Notes: a model not told the origin generated them from the letters alone. DNA of 51,238 nt from Gammaproteobacteria bacterium (GCA_030432795.1 JAUILW010000001.1:1-51238), one strand, 5' to 3'; shown: positions 22,453-32,355, numbered from the stretch's first letter. A program made the numbers and translations.

Positions 22453-23211
22453 ATGGCCGAGACGTCGCTGGAACCGCGCAACGGGGAAAACCTCGACCCG
22501 GTGTGGGCAAAGCTCAACCACGTTGATGCGGATCTCGCAACCGTCAAGACGGACCTGGCAAAGGTCGGGGCGCAAGTCGAGGCCGGTTTTGCTTCCTTGC
22601 AGGGCAGCCTCCGGCGCCTGGAGAACGCCAACGATGAGCGGATCCGTCGCCTGGAGAACGCTACCGATGCCAGCCGGTCGCCGTCGGTGTGGGTCGCGGC
22701 GGGCGCGCTAATCGTCGCCATTGTCGGTGCTGCTGCTGCCTTCCAGGCGCAGTCCATTGAAAACCTTCGGCGCGAGCAGGCCATCGTCTCCGATCTTGAA
22801 TCGCTTCGTCAAAGCACCGTCGATTCCCGCCTGGCAATCAGCGATCGCCGTGTCGATCAGATCGAATCGAAGCTGGAACAACGCGCCTCCCTGGTCGCCC
22901 AGGCGCCGGTTCGTCTAGATGCTTTGGATGCTAGTGTCGAGTTCCTGCTGCGCAATCAGATCGAATTCGGTCGTGAGCTGGCGGGCTCCGTCGCAATGGT
23001 CGGTGCGAACCGTGCCGACGTAGAACGGCTCGAACACTCAGACGTCCGCACGCGCGATGACGCTGATGAGCTGCGCTCGGTTGTGTCCCGTATCGGTGGT
23101 TTGGTCGAAGAGATCCAGGTGCGGGTCGACGCGATCGACAACATCGGCTCTCGGTATCGCGCATCCGACAACGCTGAGGCCATTCTGGAGCGCCTCGGCG
23201 AGCGCAAATGA
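22453..23211 (+). CDS. Membrane-anchored coiled-coil protein (252 aa)
   Basis: GGAGGA lies 4 nt before ATG 22453. One TM segment (SVWVAAGALIVAIVGAAAAF). Internal RRLENA(N/T)D duplication. Long heptad-like regions. Confidence 0.65.
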   Translation: MAETSLEPRNGENLDPVWAKLNHVDADLATVKTDLAKVGAQVEAGFASLQGSLRRLENANDERIRRLENATDASRSPSVWVAAGALIVAIVGAAAAFQAQSIENLRREQAIVSDLESLRQSTVDSRLAISDRRVDQIESKLEQRASLVAQAPVRLDALDASVEFLLRNQIEFGRELAGSVAMVGANRADVERLEHSDVRTRDDADELRSVVSRIGGLVEEIQVRVDAIDNIGSRYRASDNAEAILERLGERK

Positions 23212-23490
23212 AACCTAGTTGACGATTGACCGGGTGGGTTGTGGGTCCCGTCGGCCCAGGTCATCACCGCGGGCGGCCGCTGTCCCGCGGATTTCGAGCC
23301 ATTTTTTTGGGCCATAGGGTTTCGTTTCGTATAGGCGCTCGTGGCACCATGGCCGGCAACGACACCACGGAGCGGCCTTGATGCCTCGCTTTCTCTCGAT
23401 CGACCGATCCCCGCCGGCCTGGCTACCAGGCGCCTGCTCTGTACCGAATCCCTTACCCGCGCCGCTGTGCGCTAATCCCTGGAGCCAACC

Positions 23491-24885
23491 GTGACCCGTA
23501 AAGCAAAGCCGTCGATATCCGACCTGGTGGTCGAGCAGCTCCCGCTCGATGCCATCAGCCGCTACCCTGGCAACCCCAGGCGCAACGCCGCCTCCGTGCG
23601 AAAGATCGCCGACTCGATTCGTCAATTCGGTTTCAAGCAGCCGATCGTCGTGGACCGCGATCGGGTGATCATCATTGGTGACGGCCGGTACCAGGCCGCC
23701 ACCCTGATGGACCTAGAAACCGTGCCGGTGGTCGTGGCGGATGATCTCTCCGAGGCAAAAGCGCGCGCGCTCCGCCTGGCCGATAACCGCATCGGCGAGG
23801 ACTCCGAATGGGACGACGAAAAGCTGGTCCGCGAAATAATCGGCCTGTCGGAAATGAACTTTGACGTCCGCGCCACCGGTTTCGAGGACCTCCAACTCGC
23901 GGACATGCTGTCGAATTCCGACCTGGGTAACGTGCTCCGGGATCCGGACGACCTGGGCGAGCAGAATGCCGCTGCTGGCGCTGCGGCCGATGACGACGCC
24001 GCGCTACCGCCGCTGGTGTCTCAGCCTGGCGACATCTGGCAGCTCGGCTCACACCGGCTGGCATGCGGCGACAACCGAAGTCCCGACCTGGTGGCTGCTC
24101 TCCTGGCCGGTGCGCGTCCGTCGATCATGGTTACCGACCCGCCGTATGGGGTGAGCTACGACGCCTCCTGGCGCAAGGAGGCGCTCGGCATGGGCGGCGA
24201 TATCGCCACCGGCAAAGTGACCAACGACCACCTGTTCGATTGGCGCGCGACCTGGGCGTTGTTCCCTGGCGACATCGCCTACGTGTATCACGCGTCCGTG
24301 CGCACCGCCGAGGTGGTGGCCTCTTTGCGCGCCGTCGGTTTCGAGGTCCGTCAGATCTTGGTGTGGGTCAAATCCCGGCACGCGATCGGTCGCGGTCACT
24401 ACCATCCCAAGCATGAGCCGCTCATCGTCGCCACCCGTGACCTGGATGATCTGCCGTTCACCGAGGCTCATGAATCGATCGCCTATGTGGTGAAGAAGGG
24501 CGAGACCGCGGATTGGCAAGGCGGCCGGAAGCAAAACACCGTGTGGGAGATTCCGCACGTGAAAAGCGAAACCGGGCATTCAACGCAAAAGCCGGTCGAG
24601 GCAATGCGGCGACCGATCGTGAATCACACCCTGCCTGGCGATCTCGTCTACGAGCCGTTCTCCGGCTCCGGCACCACGCTGATCGCGGCGGAAATCACCG
24701 AGCGGGTCTGCTATGCCCTGGAGCTGGAGCCAAAGTACGTAGATCTCGCGGTGCGGCGGTGGCAATCCTTCACCGGGAAAAAGGCCAAGCTGGTCGAGTC
24801 CGGCGGAGAAAAATCCGATGCCGGCAAGCAGTTTGATTCCCTGGTGAAAAAGCGAAAGCCGGCCGCTGTCGAGTCCGAAGAATAG
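23491..24885 (+). CDS. ParB-N domain fused to beta-class N6-adenine/N4-cytosine DNA methyltransferase
   Basis: N-terminus YPGNPRRN...IRQFGFKQPIVVD...GDGRYQAA is ParB-like. MVTDPPYGV is motif IV and EPFSGSGTT is motif I. GTG start with a TGGAG RBS. Confidence 0.85.
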   Translation: MTRKAKPSISDLVVEQLPLDAISRYPGNPRRNAASVRKIADSIRQFGFKQPIVVDRDRVIIIGDGRYQAATLMDLETVPVVVADDLSEAKARALRLADNRIGEDSEWDDEKLVREIIGLSEMNFDVRATGFEDLQLADMLSNSDLGNVLRDPDDLGEQNAAAGAAADDDAALPPLVSQPGDIWQLGSHRLACGDNRSPDLVAALLAGARPSIMVTDPPYGVSYDASWRKEALGMGGDIATGKVTNDHLFDWRATWALFPGDIAYVYHASVRTAEVVASLRAVGFEVRQILVWVKSRHAIGRGHYHPKHEPLIVATRDLDDLPFTEAHESIAYVVKKGETADWQGGRKQNTVWEIPHVKSETGHSTQKPVEAMRRPIVNHTLPGDLVYEPFSGSGTTLIAAEITERVCYALELEPKYVDLAVRRWQSFTGKKAKLVESGGEKSDAGKQFDSLVKKRKPAAVESEE

Positions 24886-24890
24886 CGTGA

Positions 24891-25415
24891 ATGGCGGCCG
24901 CTTCTGATCCTGGTTCGGGCGATGTGCCGGCGGCGGTATTGGCGCGGGTGTTCGATTGCACCGAGCGCCGGGTGCAGCAGCTGGCGCGCGAGGGCGTCAT
25001 CCCGCGCAGCGGTCGTGGCAAGTACCCGTTCTTTGCGGCTGTCCGTGCCTACATCGCGTTCCTCCGCGAGGCCGGTGCGGTGGAGAAAGCCGGCGCCGCG
25101 TTCGATCCTGAGCGCCTGGATCCGTTCAAGCAGCGGGCCTGGTATGACGCGCAAATCCAGAAACTCGAGCTGGGCCGCAAGCTCGGCACGCTGACGCCGC
25201 GGTCCGACCACGAGGAGGTGCTCGGGGTGCTCGTCGATCTGTTCGTGCGGTTCCTCGAAACGCTCGCCGACCGCACCGAGCGGGAGGGCTTCGCGGATCA
25301 TGCGATGGCGTCCAGAATTGGCGAATGGACCGACCAGGTCCGCGAGGAAATGTTCACCGAAATTGCGCGGATCGCCGAAGCCCAGGCGGCCGCTCGGGAG
25401 GCGCGTGGTGGCTGA
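24891..25415 (+). CDS. Terminase small subunit (Nu1-like, N-terminal HTH)
   Basis: LARVFDCTERRVQQLAREGVIPRSGRGKYPFFAAVRAYIAFLRE fits the Nu1-type HTH. It sits immediately upstream of the gpA-like gene. Confidence 0.75.
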   Translation: MAAASDPGSGDVPAAVLARVFDCTERRVQQLAREGVIPRSGRGKYPFFAAVRAYIAFLREAGAVEKAGAAFDPERLDPFKQRAWYDAQIQKLELGRKLGTLTPRSDHEEVLGVLVDLFVRFLETLADRTEREGFADHAMASRIGEWTDQVREEMFTEIARIAEAQAAAREARGG

Positions 25416-27516
25416 GTACTTCGATCCCTGGAAAACGCTACCGGTTGCCTGCGAGCGGATCCGGCCGCCGATGCGTATCGCGCCGGCCGAGCAGGCGAGC
25501 ATGGTCTGCCGGTTCGAATCCGGGCCGCTGACGTTCGACACGGCGCCGATGATGGTCGAGCCGCTCAACGTGATGAACGGCCGGGATTACCAGGGCGTGG
25601 TTTTCGTGGGCCCACAGCGTTCCTCCAAAACCGCCGCGCTGGTGTGGGGCGCGTTGTCCTGGATCATCACCACCGCGCCTGCGCATAGCCTGCTGATCGC
25701 GCCTACCGAGCAGCTCGCGCGCCGAATGTCCAAGCAGGAACTCGACTCAATCCTGGCTGCGTCTCCCGAGCTGCGTTCGCGGATGTCCGATCGTCTGCGG
25801 GATGACAACGTGCTGGACAAGTGGTTCAAGTCCGGGATGTCGGTTTACCTGGGCTACTCGGCTGCCTCCCAGCTCACCCAGCGGACCGTAAAGTTTGTCC
25901 TGATCACCGAGTACGATCGGCCGGAAAATCGCGATGACGTCGATGGCCTGGGCTCGCTGTGGGACCTGGCCTTTAAGCGAATCGAGACCTACATGTCGCT
26001 GGGGAAATGCGTTGCCGAAAGCGCGCCGGGCGTCGAGGTGCTGGATGCGAACTGGGTCACTCCCGCCGATGAGCCACACCGCGCTCCGCCCGCGCTCGGC
26101 ATCCTGTCGCTGTACAACACCGGCACCCGCGCTCGCTGGTACTTCCGGTGCCCGCTCGAACAATGCGGGGGCTTCTTCGAGGCGGCGCCGGGCTATGACC
26201 TGTTCCGCTTGGGCACCTTCGAGCAGCAACTCGAGCTCATCGATGAGAACCAGGTGGAGGACCTGGTGGTGGAGTACGCTCGCGTGCCCTGTCCCTGCTG
26301 CGGGGGCCTGCTCAACCAGGGCCACAAACGCGCGCTCAACGCGCACGGCCGTTGGTTGCACGAGGGCCAGTCCTTCGAGGGCGGGCGCGTGGTCGGTGAT
26401 CGTCGGCGCTCTAACATCTGGTCCGGCTGGATGGGCGGTGTGGCCGCTAGTTACCAAACCTGGGAGGGCATGCTCCGCTCGTATTTCCAGGCGCTGGAGA
26501 TCTTCCGCGATACCGGCAGCGAAACCTCACTGAAGCAGCGAACGCAATCAGACGCAGCCGCTCCGTATGTGCCGCGGGCCATGGTGTCTAGTCGCTCGGT
26601 GGTCGGCCTTTCCTCCCGCCTGGAGGACACGCCGAAGCACCAGCTGGATCCGGCCGTTCGTTTCGCGGTGGCCGCCATCGATGTGCAGAAGTCTAAGTTC
26701 GTCGTGCAGGTGCATGCCTTCGGTGTCGGCCTGGAGGAGTGGATTGTGGATCGGTACCACATCACCGCGTCGATGCGGCCCGAGGGCCGGCGCTTCGCGG
26801 CGGTCGATCCGCCGACCTACCTGGAGGACTGGGCTCTGCTCGAAGCGGTCGCCAAGCGGACCTACGGGATTCTCGGGACTGATCTCGCGCTGCCGGTGCT
26901 GACCGTTTTCTGTGACGCTGGTGGTGAAGCGCGCAAGGGCGAGCCGGGGGTTTACAATAAGGCGCTCGCGTTCTGGCGGGGGCTCCGCGATGCCGGCCGT
27001 GGTATGCATAACCGGATTCAACTCTGCCGCGGTCGTGGAGGTCGCGCGGGCCTTCAGGGGGTGAACGCGGACCGGGTGAAACTGACCAAGCCGGACGCTC
27101 GAAAGCGCAAAGACCGGAAAAGCTCGGCGGCCGGCGACGTGCCGGTGTGGGTCATCAACACCAATCTGCTGAAGGACGCGGTGGCGACGGACCTTGCTCG
27201 AAAAACGCCGGGGCCTGGCTACGTGCACATCCCGCGCTGGATTGTCGATGAGCACCCATCGTTCCTCGAGGAACTGGTTGCCGAGGTGCGCACGCCGACC
27301 GGCTGGACCAACCCGAAACGCAAGCGCAATGAGGCGACCGACCTGGCGGTGTATTGTCGGGCTGCCGTCATCGCGATCGGGGGCGATCGAATCAACTGGG
27401 ACAAGCCGCCGGCCTGGGCGGTGGAGCCAGCGAATCGCGCCGACCAACTCGCGGCAGGTACAATCCGGCGCAAGTCGAACCGTCGAAGTGTCCGTTCTGG
27501 AGGGCCGCAAATTTGA
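25408..27516 (+). CDS. Terminase large subunit (lambda gpA family)
   Basis: Walker A VGPQRSSKT. gpA-like length and position. GTG 25408 lies 6 nt after GGGAGG. Confidence 0.85.
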   Translation: MAEYFDPWKTLPVACERIRPPMRIAPAEQASMVCRFESGPLTFDTAPMMVEPLNVMNGRDYQGVVFVGPQRSSKTAALVWGALSWIITTAPAHSLLIAPTEQLARRMSKQELDSILAASPELRSRMSDRLRDDNVLDKWFKSGMSVYLGYSAASQLTQRTVKFVLITEYDRPENRDDVDGLGSLWDLAFKRIETYMSLGKCVAESAPGVEVLDANWVTPADEPHRAPPALGILSLYNTGTRARWYFRCPLEQCGGFFEAAPGYDLFRLGTFEQQLELIDENQVEDLVVEYARVPCPCCGGLLNQGHKRALNAHGRWLHEGQSFEGGRVVGDRRRSNIWSGWMGGVAASYQTWEGMLRSYFQALEIFRDTGSETSLKQRTQSDAAAPYVPRAMVSSRSVVGLSSRLEDTPKHQLDPAVRFAVAAIDVQKSKFVVQVHAFGVGLEEWIVDRYHITASMRPEGRRFAAVDPPTYLEDWALLEAVAKRTYGILGTDLALPVLTVFCDAGGEARKGEPGVYNKALAFWRGLRDAGRGMHNRIQLCRGRGGRAGLQGVNADRVKLTKPDARKRKDRKSSAAGDVPVWVINTNLLKDAVATDLARKTPGPGYVHIPRWIVDEHPSFLEELVAEVRTPTGWTNPKRKRNEATDLAVYCRAAVIAIGGDRINWDKPPAWAVEPANRADQLAAGTIRRKSNRRSVRSGGPQI

Positions 27517-27749
27517 GCAAGGCAGAAGATATCGCCACCCTGGCGAAAGTGCGCACTCACATCGATCGCATTCTCGAAACCGGGCAAAGTGTCACGGCCG
27601 ATGGTAGAACGCTCTCGCACGTGAACCTCGACACGCTGTGGAAGTCCGTTGGCATCCTGGAGAAGCGCATCGGGAACGCGGGCTCCGCCGCGGGCGCTAA
27701 CTCGAAAGCCGGGCGTAACCGCCTGATCGCCGCGGTGCCGCGAGCATGA
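27513..27749 (+). CDS. gpW-like head-tail joining protein (78 aa)
   Basis: Small ORF between the large terminase and portal genes, as in lambda. The TTG start overlaps the terminase stop (TTGA). Confidence 0.6.
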   Translation: MSKAEDIATLAKVRTHIDRILETGQSVTADGRTLSHVNLDTLWKSVGILEKRIGNAGSAAGANSKAGRNRLIAAVPRA

Positions 27750-29467
27750 GCAACCTGCTAGACAGAGCCGTCGCGGCTATCTCTCCCGAGCGCGGTGCAC
27801 GCCGGCTGGCTGCTCGGGCTCAATTCATCGCAAACCAGCAGGCGCTGCGCACCGTCGAGCAAATGGCCGCGCCGGCTGAGGTCGAGGCCTCCGGCCGCTA
27901 TCACGTCGATGGTGTTCCGGACACCCGCCACCGCTCCGCCTCGCGCACGCTGCGTTCGCTGACCAGTTGGCGATCGCAGCGGGGTAGCGCCCTGCGCAAC
28001 CTGCCCGAAGCCGAGCTGCATCGGATCGTCGGGCGCAGCCAGGACGCCTACCGGAACCACACGGTCGCTCGCTCGATCATGGGCCGGATGCGGACCGGTA
28101 TCGTTGGTGCCGGCCTGCGGCCGCATTCCGAGGTCAACGCGGAGGTGCTCGGCATCCGTGATCTGGTCGCGGATCAAATCAACTCGATGCTCGATGAGGT
28201 GTTCGCGTCCTGGGCGGAAGATCCGAAGGAATGCGACATTGCCGGCGAGCTCGATTTTTACCGGAAGCAGGACCAGGGCATCCTGGCAACGATGCTCGAT
28301 GGCGACATGTTCGTCTCCACACCGGTGGTCCGGCGTACCGGCGGGCAGTGGTTTCTGAAGACGCAGGAGATCTCCGCCTGGCGCGTCTCCAACCCGGACA
28401 ACGTACCGGACCGGTCCGACCTGGTGCAGGGCATCGAGCGCGCCGCCGATGGTTACCAGCTCCGGGTGCATGTTCGGCGGGGCGAGCCGGATGATCTCCT
28501 GGATCCGCTGGGCGCAATGATTTGGGACCCGCTCGACGTGTGGGGCGCGCGTACCGGCCGGCGCCGGGTGATGCACGTCCGCTGGGATCATGGCGAGGTC
28601 GGTTCGGTGCGCTGCGCGCCGATGCTGTCCCCGATCCTTGAGCCGTTGCAGCAGCTCGAAACCTACAAGCGCAGCGAACTGATGGCGGCCGTGGTGGCGT
28701 CGATGTTCACCGTCTTCATCTCCCGCGATCCGCTGGCCGGCGGCGAGCTGGACGACGATCTCAATCCGCTCGGGGCCTTCGCCGGCGCGGAGGACATCCC
28801 GACCAACGAGCGCGATTCGGCTGCGCGCGAACGCATCGAGCTGGGCTCCGGGACCATCGTGGATCTGGCGCCTGGCGAGAAACCTGAGATTGCGGACCCG
28901 AAACGGCCGAACTCGAACTACGCACCGTACTTCCGCTCGATCGTGGACAGCTCCGCGGCGGCCGTGGGCCTGCCGGGCGATATCGTGCTGATGGTGTACA
29001 ACACCAGCTACGCGGCTGCTCGGGCTGCGATGCTGGAAGCGCACCGCACGTTCATGACCCGGCGCGGCTGGTACGTCAGCTCCCACTCGGCTCCGATTCG
29101 CAACCTGGTGATCGATGAGGCTGTCGCATCCGGCCGCATCCGCCTGCCGGGCTATGCCGACCCGGTCCGCCGTCGCGCCTACCAGCAGGCCATGTGGGTC
29201 GGTCCTGCTCGGGGCTCGATGGACGAGGAGAAAGAGGCCAGGGCGGCCGCGGAGCGGATCCGCATCGGCATCTCCAACGAGTACGTCGAAACCGCCGCTA
29301 TGATGGGAGAGAATTGGCTGCGCATGCACAAGGGTCGCGCGCGTGCTCGGTTCTACAAACGTCGGGATGGCATCTTCCCTGGAGCTGAGCAGGGCGTTGC
29401 GCAAGCCGAGCCGATGCCGCCAGATCCGGAACCGGCAACACCAAGCGGAGGGGGCAACGATGCCTGA
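27746..29467 (+). CDS. Portal protein (lambda gpB family)
   Basis: Size (573 aa) and synteny W-portal-protease. ATGA coupling. Confidence 0.85.
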   Translation: MSNLLDRAVAAISPERGARRLAARAQFIANQQALRTVEQMAAPAEVEASGRYHVDGVPDTRHRSASRTLRSLTSWRSQRGSALRNLPEAELHRIVGRSQDAYRNHTVARSIMGRMRTGIVGAGLRPHSEVNAEVLGIRDLVADQINSMLDEVFASWAEDPKECDIAGELDFYRKQDQGILATMLDGDMFVSTPVVRRTGGQWFLKTQEISAWRVSNPDNVPDRSDLVQGIERAADGYQLRVHVRRGEPDDLLDPLGAMIWDPLDVWGARTGRRRVMHVRWDHGEVGSVRCAPMLSPILEPLQQLETYKRSELMAAVVASMFTVFISRDPLAGGELDDDLNPLGAFAGAEDIPTNERDSAARERIELGSGTIVDLAPGEKPEIADPKRPNSNYAPYFRSIVDSSAAAVGLPGDIVLMVYNTSYAAARAAMLEAHRTFMTRRGWYVSSHSAPIRNLVIDEAVASGRIRLPGYADPVRRRAYQQAMWVGPARGSMDEEKEARAAAERIRIGISNEYVETAAMMGENWLRMHKGRARARFYKRRDGIFPGAEQGVAQAEPMPPDPEPATPSGGGNDA

Positions 29468-30788
29468 TGACGTTCTGAACGATACCGAGGTCCTGGTCGC
29501 TTCGTCCGAGGGCAAGCCGCGCGGGCCTTTCGATGTCACCGGTCCGCTGGCGATCTCGAACTCCGCCCTGGAAAGCCTCGCCGCGAAAGAGGACCCGCTT
29601 GCCTTCATCGCCGATGAGACAAACGGCACCTGGGTCACCTGGCGTGCTTACCACCGCGGCTCCGTCGGCGTGCTGCAGATGCATGGGTCTGTCTGGTCGG
29701 CCTGGACCTGGCAGTCGCTCGCTGATGGGCTCTACGCGCTGCGTCATGAGCGGGCGGTGCGTTCGATCGTCCTGTCGCTGAACTCGCCCGGTGGTGTCTG
29801 GCAGGGCACCTTGCCGTTCGCTAAGGCAATCCGCGCCGTGTCCGAGGTGAAACCGGTGTATGCGCATGTCGGCGGTTCGGCCTGCTCGGCTGCCTACGTG
29901 GCCGCGGCTGCCTGCCGTGAGATCGTGATCTCCGCCTCCGCCGAGGTCGGCTGCCTGGGCAGCGTGGTTTTCATGATCGATGACACCAAGCTGCTGCGCG
30001 ATGCCGGCATCCGCCGTTTGCAATTTGTATCGAGCCAGACGCCCGCTAAAAACCTGTCGCCGCTCACTCCGGAAGGGGCCGCGCAACTCCAGGATAAGCT
30101 TGATCGGCACACCGATATCATGCTGGAGCACGTCGCCGAATTTCGGGGGGTTTCGCTGGAGGCGGTCTTGCGAGATTATGGCGCCGGAGATACCCGCATC
30201 GGTGCCGATGCAATCGAGCACGGCATGGCGGATCGGTTCGGTGAGCTGGAGACGCTCATCGTCGCTTTGCAGACTTCAGGAGTCCCCGATATGACCGTAA
30301 GAAATTTGACCGCCGGCGCCTTCTATCAAGCCACCGGTGTCGATCAGGTGCAGGCCGTTGAAACCGTCGACGCGCGGATCCTGGCCGAAATGCCAGGCGG
30401 CGAGACGCTGCTCGAATCGATCCGGGCTGAAGCGCACGCCGCTGGTCGCGCCGAGGGTCTGGCTGCCGCTGAGGCTGCTGATGAGGTCAGCGCTGAGCAA
30501 CTCCAAGCGGCGGCGAAAGCCGAGCGGACTCGGGTGCTGGAAATCCAGGCGCTGGTTGGCGATGCCGATGGTCTGGATGCGGTGGTGTCTGCCGCAATCA
30601 CCGAAGGGCTCACCGTCGAGGCTGCAAGCGCGAAAATTCTCACCGAGATTCGCACGCGTGGCATCGATCTGAACGCGTTGCGCACCGAGGCGCCGGCTCC
30701 GCTGGGCGCTGGTACTCCTGGTGGCGGCGAGATCAAAGCCAGCCAGCTGTGGGATCAGCGTTTGGCGAAAAGAAACGGCAAGAAGTAG
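29460..30788 (+). CDS. S49 (SppA/ClpP-fold) head maturation protease with C-terminal scaffold-like Ala-rich coiled coil (lambda gpC/Nu3-like)
   Basis: SLNSPGGVWQG and GGSACSAAYVAAAACREIV are S49-type motifs. The C-terminal half is helical and Ala/Glu-rich. Confidence 0.85.
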   Translation: MPDDVLNDTEVLVASSEGKPRGPFDVTGPLAISNSALESLAAKEDPLAFIADETNGTWVTWRAYHRGSVGVLQMHGSVWSAWTWQSLADGLYALRHERAVRSIVLSLNSPGGVWQGTLPFAKAIRAVSEVKPVYAHVGGSACSAAYVAAAACREIVISASAEVGCLGSVVFMIDDTKLLRDAGIRRLQFVSSQTPAKNLSPLTPEGAAQLQDKLDRHTDIMLEHVAEFRGVSLEAVLRDYGAGDTRIGADAIEHGMADRFGELETLIVALQTSGVPDMTVRNLTAGAFYQATGVDQVQAVETVDARILAEMPGGETLLESIRAEAHAAGRAEGLAAAEAADEVSAEQLQAAAKAERTRVLEIQALVGDADGLDAVVSAAITEGLTVEAASAKILTEIRTRGIDLNALRTEAPAPLGAGTPGGGEIKASQLWDQRLAKRNGKK

Positions 30789-30834
30789 ACTTCGCTCTGC
30801 TGCTGCACACCAACCTAGTTAGGGGTAACGCCAC

Positions 30835-31197
30835 ATGACCGTACTCACCGAAGGTCGGCACCGCGCCGAGTTCATCATCAACTACGATCCAAGCCTCTCG
30901 ATGGATGAGGTCACGCTGCTCGCTGGCGATTCGCTGGTGGTCGGCGAAGTGGTCGGTCGGCGCGAGCTGGACAACGTCATCGTCTCGCTCGATCCGCTGG
31001 CGACCGATGGTGGTGAGACGCCGTATGGCATTTCGATCGCGGCCGTGGCCGCCTCGACCTCCGCGCAAAAAGTGGCGATTCTTGCTCGATTCGCCGAGGT
31101 CGATGCCACGATGATTCAGTGGCCTGACTCGAACACCGAGAACGACGCGGTGCTCGGGAAGGCTGCGCTCGAAGCAAAGCTGATCGTTTTCCGCTAG
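30835..31197 (+). CDS. Head decoration protein (lambda gpD-like)
   Basis: 120-aa ORF between the protease and major capsid genes. The N-terminus MTVLTEGRHRAEFI is typical of this family. Confidence 0.7.
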   Translation: MTVLTEGRHRAEFIINYDPSLSMDEVTLLAGDSLVVGEVVGRRELDNVIVSLDPLATDGGETPYGISIAAVAASTSAQKVAILARFAEVDATMIQWPDSNTENDAVLGKAALEAKLIVFR

Positions 31198-31242
31198 GCC
31201 GCTGGTCGCCGTCTCTCGAAGTTAACCCAGGAGTAATCCGCA

Positions 31243-32286
31243 ATGGCAACAATGGACATTTTCAACAACGACGCCTTCGGCCTGGTCGAGATGACCGATG
31301 CGGTCGAGAAGCTCGACTACCAGCCGCGGTTCTTGGGCCAGCTTGGCATCTTCCAGCCGCGTCCGGTTCGCACCGTATCGGTTGCGGTCGAGAAGAAAGC
31401 CGGGGTGCTCGCCTTGGTACCGACCAGCGCCCGAGGTGCTCCGCCTACGCCGCGCCGCGAGCGGGCCGGCGAGCGTGCCGACATTCGGGATTTCCGCGCG
31501 GTGCGGATCGCCGAACAGGACACCATCACCGCCGATGAACTCAGTGGTATTCGCGCGTTCGGTACTGAATCCGAACTCGTGCAGGTCATGGACGAGGTCG
31601 CCGATCGCTACCTGAAACTCGAGCGCGATATCGAGACCACCCTGGAGCACATGCGTCTCGGCGCGGTGCAAGGGATCGTCTACGATTCGGATGGCGCGAC
31701 CGAGCTGTTCAACTGGTTCGACTCCTGGGGCATCGCCCAGCCGGCGGAGGTCGATTTCGATCTGGACAACGCCACGCCGGCCTCCGGCGCGGTGCGCATT
31801 CTCTGCAACCAGATCATCCGGTCCATGGCGCGCGCGTCTAAGGGCGCCTGGGTTGAAGGCCAGTCCTACGTGATGGGCCTGTGCGGCGACACCTTTTTCG
31901 ATCAACTCACCGCCCACAGCGAGGTCCGTTCGACCTATCTGAACCAGGCGGAGGCCTCCGAGCTGCGCAACGACTTCGGTGCTCCGTTCGGCCAGGTCCG
32001 CTACGGCGGTATCACCTGGGTCAACTATCGCGGTACCGATGACGGTTCGACCGTCGCCGTCCCTGCGACCAAGGTGAAGTTCTTCCCGGTGCGCGCGCCT
32101 GGTGTTTTCGAGCACGTGATGGCGCCCGGTGAGACCATGTCCACCGTGAACCAGCCGGGCCGGCTGTTCATGCCGCTGATCGTCCCTGACGATAAGCGTC
32201 AGATGTTCGTGGATCTGGAGCTGTACTCGTACCCGCTGATGCTTTGCACGCGGCCCGAGATGCTGCTTCGGGGTAAGAACACCTGA
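31243..32286 (+). CDS. Major capsid protein (lambda gpE family)
   Basis: MATMDIFNNDAFGLVEMTDAVEKLDYQPRFLGQLGIF is a characteristic gpE-family N-terminus. AGGAG RBS. Confidence 0.9.
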   Translation: MATMDIFNNDAFGLVEMTDAVEKLDYQPRFLGQLGIFQPRPVRTVSVAVEKKAGVLALVPTSARGAPPTPRRERAGERADIRDFRAVRIAEQDTITADELSGIRAFGTESELVQVMDEVADRYLKLERDIETTLEHMRLGAVQGIVYDSDGATELFNWFDSWGIAQPAEVDFDLDNATPASGAVRILCNQIIRSMARASKGAWVEGQSYVMGLCGDTFFDQLTAHSEVRSTYLNQAEASELRNDFGAPFGQVRYGGITWVNYRGTDDGSTVAVPATKVKFFPVRAPGVFEHVMAPGETMSTVNQPGRLFMPLIVPDDKRQMFVDLELYSYPLMLCTRPEMLLRGKNT

Positions 32287-32355
32287 TCCCTCGCATTCTG
32301 TAAGCGCCACGATGATGCCCGCGTATCCCTGACCCGCGGTGTAGAAATTCAGGAG

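Noticed and set aside
23215-23625. 136-aa minus-strand ORF spanning the gap upstream of the methylase gene.
   Set aside because: It overlaps the methylase start in antisense. It has no RBS. Its composition is like other shadow ORFs. The region is better explained as regulatory or cos DNA.
27758-29638. Very long antisense ORFs opposite well-supported genes: 27758..29638 (-), 16437..17516 (-), 31222..32310 (-), 47848..49323 (-), 8137..9387 (+), 10202..11368 (+), 6986..7933 (+) and 36627..37808 (-).
   Set aside because: These are typical GC-rich shadow ORFs. Their products are Arg/Pro/Gly-rich and low-complexity. They lack RBSs and lie opposite genes with clear family motifs and synteny.
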